This document shows, piece after piece, positions 28,128 through 38,700 of a stretch of 64,000 bases of DNA. The first letter of the stretch is position 1; each line of letters opens with the position of its first letter. Source of the DNA: Verrucomicrobiota bacterium (GTDB lineage: Bacteria > Verrucomicrobiota > Verrucomicrobiia > Limisphaerales > SXQI01); assembly GCA_033762115.1 (NCBI GenBank), contig JANRLX010000107.1, forward strand, positions 1 to 64,000. The letters are read 5' to 3'. Below the pieces are notes generated by a model, which made no database searches, had not been told where the DNA came from, and was given only the letters and a program-made list of their open reading frames with translations. A program made the position numbers and the translations under genes.

Positions 28128-28487
28128 ATGGACACTCTGACATGTCGATGCCGACAATGCGGTTACCTGTTCGCTTATCTTAGGTCGGATGCAGGTCGTC
28201 AGGTCGAGTGCACCAGTTGTCATCATTCACTTGTTTTGCCCGGCAATCTCCAGCCATTTGCCAGTAAAATCCGTCGCAGGACCTTTGGCAAAGTGGGGCT
28301 GTCCTGTGAAATTGCCGGCGTCCTCCTGGTCGGCTTCTGGCCTTGGGGGACTTTGGCGGGAGTGGTTTTGATTGGCTACGGCTGGCGGAAATCGCATCGT
28401 TGGGTTTGCAGCGCATGCGATCAGCAGTTGCCGAATGACGAGAGACGCAACTGTCCGCAATGCCACGCCACATTCATGAGTGAATAG
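28128..28487 (+). CDS. Small double zinc-ribbon membrane protein
   Basis: CRQC..CTSC, a hydrophobic hairpin, then CSAC..CPQC. Confidence 0.7.
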   Translation: MDTLTCRCRQCGYLFAYLRSDAGRQVECTSCHHSLVLPGNLQPFASKIRRRTFGKVGLSCEIAGVLLVGFWPWGTLAGVVLIGYGWRKSHRWVCSACDQQLPNDERRNCPQCHATFMSE

Positions 28488-28493
28488 CGGGTG

Positions 28494-28510
28494 CTGGCAT
28501 TCCACTTGCC
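28494..28510 (+). promoter_or_regulatory. Candidate sigma54 promoter upstream of nuoA
   Basis: CTGGCATTCCACTTGCC (GG-N10-GC), about 30 nt before the ATG. Confidence 0.45.
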
Positions 28511-28539
28511 AATTGCCCTGCCACTTTCTAGCTTTTGGC

Positions 28540-28923
28540 ATGGATCAATTGAGCCAGTACATTCCTGTCCTGATGTTGGCGGGGGTGGCGATTGCCTTTG
28601 CCGCGGGCAATCTCTTCCTTTCTGTGCTGTTGGGAAAAACCGGATTACGCAATAAAGTCAAGGACAGCGCTTACGAATGTGGAATGGTGCCTGTCGGGGA
28701 GGGTAACTCGCGCCTTTCAGTGAAGTTCTACCTCGTTGCCATGCTTTTCATTCTTTTTGATATCGAAGTGGTGTTTCTCTATCCATGGGCCGTCGTTTAC
28801 AAGGATATGCTGAAAACACAGCCGGACTTGATCTTCGGCGCCATGCTTTCATTCCTCGGGATACTGTTCATCGGGTACATCTACGCTCTCAAAAAGGGTG
28901 CTTTCGATTGGAAGCGCTCCTGA
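28540..28923 (+). CDS. nuoA: NADH-quinone oxidoreductase subunit A
   Basis: YECG, KFYLVAMLFILFDIEVVFLYPWAV and KKGAFDW motifs. Confidence 0.95.
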   Translation: MDQLSQYIPVLMLAGVAIAFAAGNLFLSVLLGKTGLRNKVKDSAYECGMVPVGEGNSRLSVKFYLVAMLFILFDIEVVFLYPWAVVYKDMLKTQPDLIFGAMLSFLGILFIGYIYALKKGAFDWKRS

Positions 28924-28938
28924 TTTTTCTCCTGCAAT

Positions 28939-30363
28939 ATGATCAAATTCGGCACGTCGGGATGGCGCGGTCTGATCGCGCGCGATTTTACCTTTGAAAA
29001 TGTCCGCCTTGCCACCCAGGCAATCGCGCTCTACCTCAAAAAGGAACTCGCAAACAAAGAATCCCCTCTTTACGGCAGCAAGCCGGTTGTGATCATCGGT
29101 CATGATACCCGCTTTCTGGGACGCGAGTTCTCCCTCGCCTCGGCAGAGGTGCTTCAACAGGCAGGTCTTGAACCGTTGCTCTGTGAACGGGATGCGCCAA
29201 CCCCTGTGATTGCCCACACCATCAGGGTGCGAAAAGCCATTGGTGGCATCAACATGACTGCCAGCCATAATCCGGCGGAATACCAGGGACTGAAATTCTC
29301 AACCGCCAACGGCGCTGCTGCACATCCTGAGGTCACCAAACAAATCGAAGCCACCGTTGTTGAATTGATGAAACAGCAATGGTCAATGAAATCGGCGGTG
29401 ATCGGCACCTTTTCCTGCCCCAGCTTCGACCCGCGCCCCGCCTATTTTAAACAGATCAAAAAACTCATCGACCTGGAAACGATCCGCAAAGGTAAGTTAA
29501 AAATCGCCGTTGAACTCATGTACGGGACGGGGCGTGGTTACCTTGATACCCTTTTGGAAGAGGCAGGCGCACGAGTCACCGTGCTGCATGATAAGCCAAA
29601 CCCTCTCTTCGGCGGCCATCATCCTGAACCGAATGCCGAAGGCATGAGCGAAGCCCGCGAGATCATTGCTTCAGGCAAGGCGACCCTCGGCCTCGGCCTC
29701 GATGGAGACGCAGACCGCTTCGGTATTGTGGACCGAGATGGAACCTGGCTGACGCCAAACCAAATCCTCGCCCTTGCACTCTATCATCTGAAAAAAAACC
29801 GCGGCTGGAGCGGCGCTGTCGTTCGAACCGTCCCCACCAGCCACCAGGTTGACTCAGTGGCCAAACTGCTTGGAGTAACCGTGCATGAAACTCCCGTCGG
29901 CTTTAAATACATTGGCGCCCTGATGGAACAGGAGCCGATCATTGTCGGCGGCGAGGAGTCCGGCGGGTTAAGCGTCAAAGGGCACGTGCCGGAAAAAGAT
30001 GGTATTCTCGCCTGTCTTTTGATGGCTGAACTGGCCGCCACCGAAAAACGCCCGCTGAAAGCGATTCTGCAAAATCTGGAAAAACAGACCGGGGAGTTCC
30101 ACACCGACCGTCTGAATATCGCCATCCCTCCAGAAAAAAAAGAAGCACTGCTGCAACGATTGGGGGCCGGTTTGGACAAGGTGGGCTCCTTCAAAGTGGA
30201 AAAGTTCATCACCACTGATGGTTACAAATTCCTCCTGCCGAACAATGAATGGGTCGCCTTTCGCGCCAGCGGCACTGAGCCATTGGTCCGTTGCTACATT
30301 GAAGCCAAAACGCTTGACCAGTTACAAAAACTTCGGTCAGCCTGCCAAAAATTGTTGCGGTAA
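28939..30363 (+). CDS. Phosphoglucomutase/phosphomannomutase family protein
   Basis: FGTSGWRG, TASHNP, DGDADR, GGEESGG and RASGTEP motifs. Confidence 0.95.
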   Translation: MIKFGTSGWRGLIARDFTFENVRLATQAIALYLKKELANKESPLYGSKPVVIIGHDTRFLGREFSLASAEVLQQAGLEPLLCERDAPTPVIAHTIRVRKAIGGINMTASHNPAEYQGLKFSTANGAAAHPEVTKQIEATVVELMKQQWSMKSAVIGTFSCPSFDPRPAYFKQIKKLIDLETIRKGKLKIAVELMYGTGRGYLDTLLEEAGARVTVLHDKPNPLFGGHHPEPNAEGMSEAREIIASGKATLGLGLDGDADRFGIVDRDGTWLTPNQILALALYHLKKNRGWSGAVVRTVPTSHQVDSVAKLLGVTVHETPVGFKYIGALMEQEPIIVGGEESGGLSVKGHVPEKDGILACLLMAELAATEKRPLKAILQNLEKQTGEFHTDRLNIAIPPEKKEALLQRLGAGLDKVGSFKVEKFITTDGYKFLLPNNEWVAFRASGTEPLVRCYIEAKTLDQLQKLRSACQKLLR

Positions 30364-30369
30364 GCCGGG

Positions 30370-31773
30370 CTACACAAACTTGCCGGGATTGAGCAGATCA
30401 TCCGGGTCAAGTGCGCTCTTGATTGCCTGGTGCAGTTGCCGCAGGTTTTTGGATGCCGCCAGCGGCCACCACGGTTTTTTGGCAAGGCCAATCCCATGCT
30501 CGCCAGTAATCACTCCGCCAAGCTCAATCACTTTGGCAAAAACCTCATCCAGGGCCGCGTAGGATTTTTGCTCCGCTCCCGCCTGGGTGCGATCCACCAT
30601 GATATTCACATGGATATTGCCATCCCCCGCATGGCCAAAACAAGCCACGGGAAACCCATGCTTCTTTTCCAAACCCTCGGTAAAGGTAAACAATTCCTGC
30701 AATCGTCCACGCGGCACCACGATATCTTCATTGAGCTTGGTTAATCCTGTGTCACGAAGGCTGTAGGAAAACTCTCGCCGAAGGCTCCACAGTTTTTCGC
30801 ATTCTTCCGGCCCGAACGCCCGCTCAATAAACGTGGTCGGGGTCTTCCTGACCAGATGTTCCAGGACGGCCAGATCTCCCCGCACCGAATCAGGCTGGCC
30901 ATCCAGCTCCACGATGATATGCGCCTTGCAGCCGTCCAGCCGTTTGCTCCCGGTTCTTTTCCTCGCTGCGGCCAGCGTAAATGCATCGGCCAGTTCCAGT
31001 GCGCAAGGCAAAATGCCCCCATCAAAAATGGTTCGGATCGTTTGCAGCGCATCCGGCATCGAGCGAAAACCAATCCCCAAACAGGCCCGGTAAGGGGGCA
31101 GGGGAAGCAGTTTGAGTGTGGCTTCCGTCACCACACCCAGCATTCCTTCCGAACCGACAAAAAGCTTCGTCAGGTCAAAACCGGATTTGTTCTTATGCGT
31201 GCGGCTCCCCAGCCGAATGACCGTGCCATTGATCAAAACAACTTCCAGCCCGAGCACATAATCCCTGGTCACCCCATACTTCAGGCAGCGTGGTCCCCCG
31301 GCGTTGGTCGCAATATTCCCACCAATGCTGCAATCCGCCCTGCTGGCAGGGTCAGGGGGATAAAACCGTCGCAGCCTTTCCACTTCACCCTGAAGCTGAG
31401 CGGTCAGGACTCCAGGCTGCACCACAGCGACAAAATCATCCGGGCTGATCTCGATAATCCGGTTGAGCCGCATCATGGAAAGAGCAATCCCTCCTTTGGA
31501 AGGGACGCAACCACCCACATAACCGTGGCCGGCACCGCGTGGGGTCACCGGGATCTGATGCTTGCTCGCGAATTTTAAAATCCTCGAAACAGCGGCAGTG
31601 TCGGATGGAAAAGCCACCGCGTCAGGAAGCGAAGAGGCAAACCATTTATCCCCTGAATGCTTTTCCCGGGTCGGTTCATCCAGCGCCAGTTCGTCCGCTG
31701 CCAGTTGCTGCTGAAGTTTTTCCAGCACCCCCGCCTTAATTATTTTCCTGCTGGCCGCTTTGCGCTTCATCAT
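30370..31773 (-). CDS. FAD-linked oxidase, GlcD/D-lactate dehydrogenase family
   Basis: PDPAS, IGGNIATNAGG, GHAGDGNIH, GEHGIG and LNPGK motifs. Confidence 0.93.
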   Translation of the reverse strand: MMKRKAASRKIIKAGVLEKLQQQLAADELALDEPTREKHSGDKWFASSLPDAVAFPSDTAAVSRILKFASKHQIPVTPRGAGHGYVGGCVPSKGGIALSMMRLNRIIEISPDDFVAVVQPGVLTAQLQGEVERLRRFYPPDPASRADCSIGGNIATNAGGPRCLKYGVTRDYVLGLEVVLINGTVIRLGSRTHKNKSGFDLTKLFVGSEGMLGVVTEATLKLLPLPPYRACLGIGFRSMPDALQTIRTIFDGGILPCALELADAFTLAAARKRTGSKRLDGCKAHIIVELDGQPDSVRGDLAVLEHLVRKTPTTFIERAFGPEECEKLWSLRREFSYSLRDTGLTKLNEDIVVPRGRLQELFTFTEGLEKKHGFPVACFGHAGDGNIHVNIMVDRTQAGAEQKSYAALDEVFAKVIELGGVITGEHGIGLAKKPWWPLAASKNLRQLHQAIKSALDPDDLLNPGKFV

Positions 31774-31981
31774 CTTTCAAAAATTGTTTGGCATCCTCAG
31801 CTTCGGAGGCGGGCACCACCACCCTCACCCCTCCCGCCGCCAGCGCATATCCCTCCAGCGTCAATGCTGCCGTTTCATTCAACACTTCAGCGTGAAAACC
31901 TGCTGATTCCAATCGACTGCGAACCAACTCCGCATCTGCCAGGTTGAACGTGGTGTAAACAACTGCGGTGCTGGATTTCAT
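31736..31981 (-). CDS. DUF2007-like small protein
   Basis: AELVRSRLESAGF...GGVRVVV pattern; coupled to its neighbours. Confidence 0.75.
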   Translation of the reverse strand: MKSSTAVVYTTFNLADAELVRSRLESAGFHAEVLNETAALTLEGYALAAGGVRVVVPASEAEDAKQFLKDDEAQSGQQENN

Positions 31982-32988
31982 GTGTGCGTGATTTGTTTGA
32001 TTTCGGCAAAGACAATAACTCCCGCTCCTGTCTGCAACGTGGATTGCACCTGCACATCGATTTGCTGGCCGATCAACGATTGCGCATGGTTGACCACAAC
32101 CATCGTGCCATCATTCAGATAGCCCACACCCTGGCCCTTGTCCTTCCCTTCGCGGGCGATTCTAAGGTTCAGCGTTTCCCCGGGGATCAACACCGTTTTC
32201 ATCGCGGTGGCCAGCACGTTCAAATTCAAATATTGCACGGACTGCAGCTCCGCCACTTTTCCAAGGTTGAAATCGTTCGTGTAAATCTTTCCTCCCAGGA
32301 CTCGCGCCAGCTTGATCAGCTTGGAATCCACCGTCGGTTCTTCCGGGTAATCGCCATCATGAATTTTGACTTCGATACTCTTGCTCCGCTGAATCCGGCT
32401 GAGTGTCTCAAGTCCCCGCCTTCCCCGGGCTTTGCGAATGGGATCGGGTGCGTCGGCAATTTGCTGCAATTCCTTCAGGATAAAACGCGGGATAATCACC
32501 GTCCCCTCCACAAAACGGCTTTCAACCAGATCCGCGATTCTCCCATCAATAATCACGCTCGTATCCAGCACGATCAAATTGTTCGGAACATTCTGCGCGG
32601 AAAATTTCACGTAAGGAATAATCAGCGAGAAATCCTCCTTGTTGCTCCTCATCGCAAGGATCATCCCAATGTAGCTGAAGCTTAAAAACAGCGACAGGCG
32701 TATCAACCAGCGGGTTGGGCGTTCATCCGCATAAATAAACAGGTCTGACCGGTCGATCATCCATGCCACCAGGCTCCCCAGTGCCAGGCCAAAAGTCGCC
32801 GATGAAAACGCCCGCAGGGAAAATCCCTTCAACATCTCATCAATCGCGATCAGCAAACTTCCCAAACCAAAACCAATGATCACTCCCAGATAGCCATGCT
32901 CGATCAGCGTCGGTTGCACCTGGCTGACCGCATACCCCCCCAGCATGCACAAACTTAAAAATAAAAGCCGGACAACCCAGATCGACAT
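31978..32988 (-). CDS. Membrane PIN/TRAM domain protein (YacL-like)
   Basis: About 4 TM segments; LDTSVIIDGRI, RGRRGL, TNDFNL and GVGYLNDGTMVVV motifs. Confidence 0.92.
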   Translation of the reverse strand: MSIWVVRLLFLSLCMLGGYAVSQVQPTLIEHGYLGVIIGFGLGSLLIAIDEMLKGFSLRAFSSATFGLALGSLVAWMIDRSDLFIYADERPTRWLIRLSLFLSFSYIGMILAMRSNKEDFSLIIPYVKFSAQNVPNNLIVLDTSVIIDGRIADLVESRFVEGTVIIPRFILKELQQIADAPDPIRKARGRRGLETLSRIQRSKSIEVKIHDGDYPEEPTVDSKLIKLARVLGGKIYTNDFNLGKVAELQSVQYLNLNVLATAMKTVLIPGETLNLRIAREGKDKGQGVGYLNDGTMVVVNHAQSLIGQQIDVQVQSTLQTGAGVIVFAEIKQITHT

Positions 32989-32991
32989 ACC

Positions 32992-33930
32992 CTAATCGTT
33001 TTTCTTTGGCTTGCGGATCACCCCCCACAACCCTTTGTTGTTCAAATTGCTGCTGAAAACGGAAAAATTACTCACCATCAGTTCCATGCTCCTCGCCAGT
33101 CTTTCATTGTAAATCAACGTCCCCGCCAAACCCGGTTTTTCCTTGATGTCTTCAAGCAATCCATTCACTCGCCGGGTTGCTTCCTGCAGGTTCTTGACTG
33201 TGGCGGTCAACTCCACCCGGTTCGTTTCCAGCGTAAGATGCAATTCATCGGCCACCTCGTTCAGCTGTGCTGAAAAATTGTTGAAGTTGCTGATGGCGTT
33301 GCCGAGTGGTGGGGTATTTGTTTCAACAAAACTGTTCACGTTATCCACTGCGAGCAATGCCCTGTCTGATAAAACCCTGAAATTGACAAAAGCCGCCGTA
33401 AGGTTCGTCAAGGTGTGTTCCGTCAGCAATGTTTTATCAATCCGCTCCACCGCTCCATTCAACTGGCTGACCGTTGCCTCCACCCGCTTCATCAAACCTG
33501 CGGTGGATTTTGCCACCTCGGAAAGGTCAAATGGCGGTTCACAATCCACTGTGGCTCCATCCTCCAGCACCGGGGCCTTGTTCTCACCCGGAAAAACAGA
33601 AACAAACCGGTCCCCCAGGAATCCAGCCTGCTTGATCGCGAACAGGGAATCGCCATGGATACGATACTTTTTCAGGATCTCGACTCGAATCAGCACATTT
33701 CTTCCCCCTTCTTCCAGGTCTGTTTCCTGCACGCTGCCGATTCTCACTCCGGACATCAGCACAGCCGCTCCCGGAATAATCCCCCCCACATCCTCAGATC
33801 TGAGGTTCAGCTGGTAAGTCGGTGTGAACAATCCAGCGCCCTTGCTGAATTTCATGATCAACAGCCCAATGAAAACGAGGCTGATAATCACAAACAGCCC
33901 CACTTTCCATTCCAGACGCGCTTTGCTCAT
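32992..33930 (-). CDS. mlaD: MCE/MlaD family protein
   Basis: TM followed by MCE domain (VLMSGVRIGSV, GFLGDRFV) and a helical tail. Confidence 0.9.
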   Translation of the reverse strand: MSKARLEWKVGLFVIISLVFIGLLIMKFSKGAGLFTPTYQLNLRSEDVGGIIPGAAVLMSGVRIGSVQETDLEEGGRNVLIRVEILKKYRIHGDSLFAIKQAGFLGDRFVSVFPGENKAPVLEDGATVDCEPPFDLSEVAKSTAGLMKRVEATVSQLNGAVERIDKTLLTEHTLTNLTAAFVNFRVLSDRALLAVDNVNSFVETNTPPLGNAISNFNNFSAQLNEVADELHLTLETNRVELTATVKNLQEATRRVNGLLEDIKEKPGLAGTLIYNERLARSMELMVSNFSVFSSNLNNKGLWGVIRKPKKND

Positions 33931-33931
33931 A

Positions 33932-34678
33932 TCAAAAATTATGTTCCTTGGGATCAGAAATCCCGTTCACGAATCGATGGATCACCGGGTCCTGCGAATT
34001 GAATATCTCATCCGGGGTTCCATTCGCATAAACCTTCCCCCCCACCAACATGATTATTTGGTTCCCCACTCGCCGCATGCTCCGCGTATCGTGAGTCACC
34101 ACCACCGAGGTGACTTTCAGTTGTTCACACACTCTTAAGATCAGTTGGTCAATACTGTCAGACACCACAGGATCCAATCCCGTTGTGGGCTCATCATAGA
34201 GGATGATTTCCGGTTTGTAGACAATCGCCCGGGCCAGTCCCACCCTTTTCCGCATCCCGCCGGAAAGTTCAGCCGGCTTTTTGTTCTGGATTCCCGGCAG
34301 TTCCACCATTTCCAGCGTTTCTTCAACCCGCTGCATGATTTCTGATGGCGATAATTCATTCTCCCGGCGCAGGACGAACCCCACGTTTTCTCCCACCGTC
34401 AACGAATCAAATAGCGCCGCGCTTTGAAAGAGCATCCCGAATTTCCGTCTCACCGGCAGCAGCTGCCTTTCATCCATTCCCGCCAGGTTTTCCCCATCAA
34501 TCAGCACCTCGCCGGAGTCCGGGATCAACAATCCCACCAGATGCTTGAGCAATACACTTTTGCCGCACCCGCTCCGGCCAATGATCACTGCAGATTCCCC
34601 TTTGCCTATCTCGAAGGAAATGCCATCCAGGACCTTTTGCGCGCCGAAGCTCTTGTGAAGGTTTCTCACTTCGATCAT
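33932..34678 (-). CDS. mlaF: MlaF-type ABC ATPase
   Basis: GRSGCGKS, LSGGMRKRVGLARA and YDEPTTGLDP motifs. Confidence 0.92.
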   Translation of the reverse strand: MIEVRNLHKSFGAQKVLDGISFEIGKGESAVIIGRSGCGKSVLLKHLVGLLIPDSGEVLIDGENLAGMDERQLLPVRRKFGMLFQSAALFDSLTVGENVGFVLRRENELSPSEIMQRVEETLEMVELPGIQNKKPAELSGGMRKRVGLARAIVYKPEIILYDEPTTGLDPVVSDSIDQLILRVCEQLKVTSVVVTHDTRSMRRVGNQIIMLVGGKVYANGTPDEIFNSQDPVIHRFVNGISDPKEHNF

Positions 34679-35448
34679 GACGCAAAAACCCGATTCAGGA
34701 ACAAGGTCAGAAAAAAGTTGCTGATCAGGATTGAAATGGAAGTGGTCACAACAGCTTCCGTCGTCGCTTTCCCAACTCCCTCAGCGCCCTCACGGCAATT
34801 CATCCCTTTGTAGCAACTGACCACCGAAATGATGATCCCAAAAATAAATGCCTTGATCAGTCCGATCGCCACCGCCTGGGCGCTGCTGTAGTAAAGCATG
34901 TTCGCCCAGGAATAAGTCGGGTCAATCTTCAGCAGGAATGTTCCCACGATATAGGCTGCTCCAATCCCCAGCGTGATCGCTTCTCCGGTCAATAAGGGCA
35001 TCGCGATCACCGTCGCCAGCACCCGTGGAACAATCAGGTAATCAACAGGGTGCGTCGCCAGCGTGCGCAATGCGTCAATCTGCTCTGTCACCCGCATCGT
35101 CCCCAGCTCCGCCGCCATCGCCGCTCCCACTCGCCCCGCCACCATCAATGCGGTAAGCACCGGTCCCAACTCACTGCACATCGAGACACTCACCACAGCC
35201 AGGGTCGCCGTGTCCATCCGGACTTTATGAAATTGGAAGTATGTTTGCGCACACAGAACCATTCCGGTAAATGCGCCGGTAATCAGGACCACCGATTGCG
35301 ACTTGACCCCAATGAAATAGAGCTGATAACTCACATCCCGCCAATCGACTTTATGTCGGAACAAAGCGTTCGCCGTTTCCCAGAACAGGAGCGCCACCCG
35401 CCCCATCTCATTGATCGTGGAACTGAATTTATCCGGTACAATTTGCAT
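34675..35448 (-). CDS. mlaE: MlaE-type permease
   Basis: ELGPVLTALMVAGRVGAAMAAELGTMRVTEQIDAL signature. Confidence 0.93.
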   Translation of the reverse strand: MQIVPDKFSSTINEMGRVALLFWETANALFRHKVDWRDVSYQLYFIGVKSQSVVLITGAFTGMVLCAQTYFQFHKVRMDTATLAVVSVSMCSELGPVLTALMVAGRVGAAMAAELGTMRVTEQIDALRTLATHPVDYLIVPRVLATVIAMPLLTGEAITLGIGAAYIVGTFLLKIDPTYSWANMLYYSSAQAVAIGLIKAFIFGIIISVVSCYKGMNCREGAEGVGKATTEAVVTTSISILISNFFLTLFLNRVFAS

Positions 35449-35543
35449 TCACTGCGCTTGAATATAGGGAAACGAAACGATTCTGGCTAGAAGCGCTCTT
35501 TGAACCGGTATGCCGATCAACGTCTGTCCGCATCGCTCCTCGT

Positions 35544-35584
35544 AAAAAAGTTTGGAGCACCCCGGCCCAAACCGGGGTGCTCCA
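35544..35584 (-). terminator. Strong intrinsic terminator
   Basis: Perfect 13-bp stem TGGAGCACCCCGG/CCGGGGTGCTCCA with 6-nt loop, followed on the minus strand by AACTTTTTT. Confidence 0.8.
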
Positions 35585-35633
35585 GTTCCCACACCAACTT
35601 GTGCAAACCACCAACTCAGCTAATCCACACAGA
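35544..35633 (-). ncRNA. Candidate sigma54-dependent small RNA (~90 nt)
   Basis: Bounded by a sigma54 motif upstream and a 13-bp hairpin plus U6 downstream. No credible ORF; GU-rich body. Confidence 0.55.
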
Positions 35634-35643
35634 CTCGAAAAAT

Positions 35644-35660
35644 AGCAATGCTCATGCCAA
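35644..35660 (-). promoter_or_regulatory. sigma54 (-24/-12) promoter
   Basis: Minus strand TTGGCATGAGCATTGCT, close to the consensus TTGGCACG-N4-TTGCW. Confidence 0.72.
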
Positions 35661-35792
35661 CCAAATGTTGCGCGGCAACAGCTTGGGAAATCCTCAAAAA
35701 CTCTCAATGTTTCACCAGCCTCGCCCGTCAAACGCCTCATGCCCATCAGTTTTACTTTCTGCTTTTCACCCCTTGCGTTATTTTCACGCGCC

Positions 35793-38700
35793 ATGTCCCT
35801 TCCGATTTTTTTTCTTCTCCTTTGCCTGACCTGTTCTCTCGACCTGTGGGCTGATCCCGCCGCCGACGCTCGCAAAGCCGCAGAAGCAGCCGCAAAAGAA
35901 AAAGCGCTCGAGCCGGATACCAGGATTAAACAAATTCGCCTCGCACCCGGTCTCAAAATTGATCATTACGCCACCGAACCTCTCCTCCTGAATCCCGTCG
36001 CGTTCAGTTTTGACGAAGCGGGAAGGCTTTACGTCGTGGAAACTCATCGACGGCGGACTTCAGTTTACGATATTCGAAATCATCGTGATTGGCTGGATGC
36101 CGATTTCTCATTCCGCACAGTTCTTGATCGTTCGAACTTCCTGAATCAGGCCCTCGCCCCCGGAAAAACAAACCTTGCCCGCTTCCAGGCTGATCATAAT
36201 GGGGATGGAACCATCGATATCCTCGACCTCCAGGTTGAGTCGGAAGCCATCCGGTTGTTGATCGATACCAACCGTGACGGACGCGCGGACTCCTCCACGA
36301 TCTTCGCCACCAATTTCAATACCTCCGTTTCCGGAGTTGCTGCCGGCGTGCTCGCGCGGAAATCCGATCTTTGGTTTGCCTGCATCCCTGATCTCTGGTT
36401 GCTGCGCGACACCAATTTTGACGGTCGGGTTGATGTCCGCACGAACCTGCTCAGCGGCTTCGGTGTTCACATCTCTTTTGGCGGCCATGATCTGCACGGC
36501 CTCCGCTTTGGGCCGGATGGAAAAATTTATTTTAGCATCGCTGACCGTGGACTTCATGTGGAGCAGGGCGGACGAACGGTAAGTTATCCCGATTCCGGCG
36601 CAGTCATGCGCTGCAACCGTGACGGCACCGAATTTGAGCTTTATGCCACCGGCCTGCGTAACCCCCAGGAACTCGCTTTCGATGATTACGGAAACCTTTT
36701 TACCGGTGATAACAATGGAGATGGCGGGGATGCCGCACGCTGGGTTTACCTTGTTGAAGGCGGGGAAAGTGGCTGGCATATCGGCTGGCAGCACCTGCCC
36801 AAAATGGGCCCTTGGAACAGTGAAAAGCTTTGGCATCTGGCACCCACTAATACCGCAGCTTATATCCTGCCGCCGGTCGCCCATATCGGTCATGGACCAG
36901 CCGGGATCGTTTACCATCCCGGCACAGGGCTCAACGGAATGCTCCATGGCAAATTCTTCATGTGCGATTTCCCGGGTGGTGTTCGCTCGATTGGTTTGAA
37001 GCCACGCGGTGCTGGATTTGAACTGGCGGAGCTGCGGGAATTGCTTTGGAACATTTATCCTGTTGATGTCGATTTCGGACCTGATGGCGCCCTCTACATC
37101 CTCGATTGGGTGGATGGTTGGGAGAAACCGGGAAAGGGAAGAGTGTATCGAATCACTCCTGATAATGGCCTGGTCGACCCCGTAACTGAATCCACTCGGA
37201 CAATCCTTGCCACCGGAGTGGCCAACCGCCCGCTCAATGAATTTGCGAAATTGTTGGGTCATCCTGACCAGCGCGTTCGACAGGAGGCGCAATTCACCTT
37301 TGCCGAAATAGGGCTCCTTTCCACCAATCTCCTCCTCGATATCGTCCGCTCTGGCCAGAATGAAATGGCCCGCATCCATGCTATCTGGGCCATGGGACAA
37401 ATGGCCCGAACCAATCCTCTTGTCGCTCCTTTCCTGCTTCCGTTCGTTGCTGATCCCAACCCTGAAATCCGCGCTCAAATTTTCAAAGTCCTTGGCGATG
37501 TGCGTGCCAACGCTGTTTTTGACGCTGCCGTTGCCGCTCTGGTGGACCAGGCGCCTCGGGTCCGTTTTTTTGCCTTGATGGCACTTGGCAAACTGGGCAA
37601 TCCCGCCGCTCTCGATGGAATCCTTCGCGCCATTGAAGAGAATGCAGATCGGGACCCTTACCTTCGTCATGCTGCCGTCATGGCGCTGGTCGGATTGAAT
37701 GATCCCTCCCTGGTCGAGCAGATTTCCCGTGACGAATCCCGCTCCGTCCGCCTGGCTGCGCTGCTCGCCATGCGTAAACTGGCCCGCCCCGAGATCGTCT
37801 CTTTTCTTCATGATGAGGATGGCGGCATTGTTCTCGAAGCCGCCCGCGCCATCCATGACCTGCCCATCACACAAGGCATTTCCCAACTCGCTGCCTTGAT
37901 CACGCGAACCAATCTCTCAGAACCCGTCATAAAACGGGCGATCAATGCCAACTTTCGACTCGGCAAGCTGGAACACGCCCTTGCGCTCTCCGATTATGCC
38001 ATCAATCCGCTCAATCCTGAGTCCCTTCGCATCGAAGCCATCCAACGACTCGGCCAATGGGTGAAGCCGCCCGGGCGCGACCCGGTCATCGGGCTTTGGC
38101 GTCCCCTTCCAGAACGTGAAGCCCGTACCCCGCGTCTCGCACTTTCAGAAATTGATACCTTGCTCGCTGGTCCCCCCGGAATTCAACTCGCTGCGATTGA
38201 AAGTGTCGTCACTCTCGGGCTTGATCACCTCAGCGGCTTCATTTATTCCCTTCTCACCAACGACCAGAACCAGGTCAATGTTCGCGTTGCCGCACTCAAG
38301 GCGCTTCTCGCATGGAAATCCCCGCAGTTGTCTCGTGCAATGCAGGCAGCCGCGGAAAGCAGCCACCCGGAATTGCGAAAGGAAGCCGCTCTTTTTAATT
38401 CACAATCAAAACCTGCCAACGCCGCCCTGGAACTCATGAATGCCCTGGAGAAAGGAACACTTTCCGAAAAACAGGCAGCCATCGTCGCCCTCGGTGAAAT
38501 GAAAGGGGTGGCTACCGACCCAATTCTTCTGATGCTCCTGGATCGATTGCTCAACGAAAAACTGGACAAAGGCCTGGAATTGGAACTCCTCGAAGCTGCC
38601 GCCAAACGCAACGACCCTGCCATCATCAAACAACTCGCTCGTTTCGAGAAATCACGCGGGGATCAACCTTTGGCCCAATACCGCGAATCTCTTTTTGGTG

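Noticed and set aside
36108..37886. 592-aa antisense ORF
   Set aside because: Shadow of the CxxCH protein gene caused by codon bias; no recognisable motifs.
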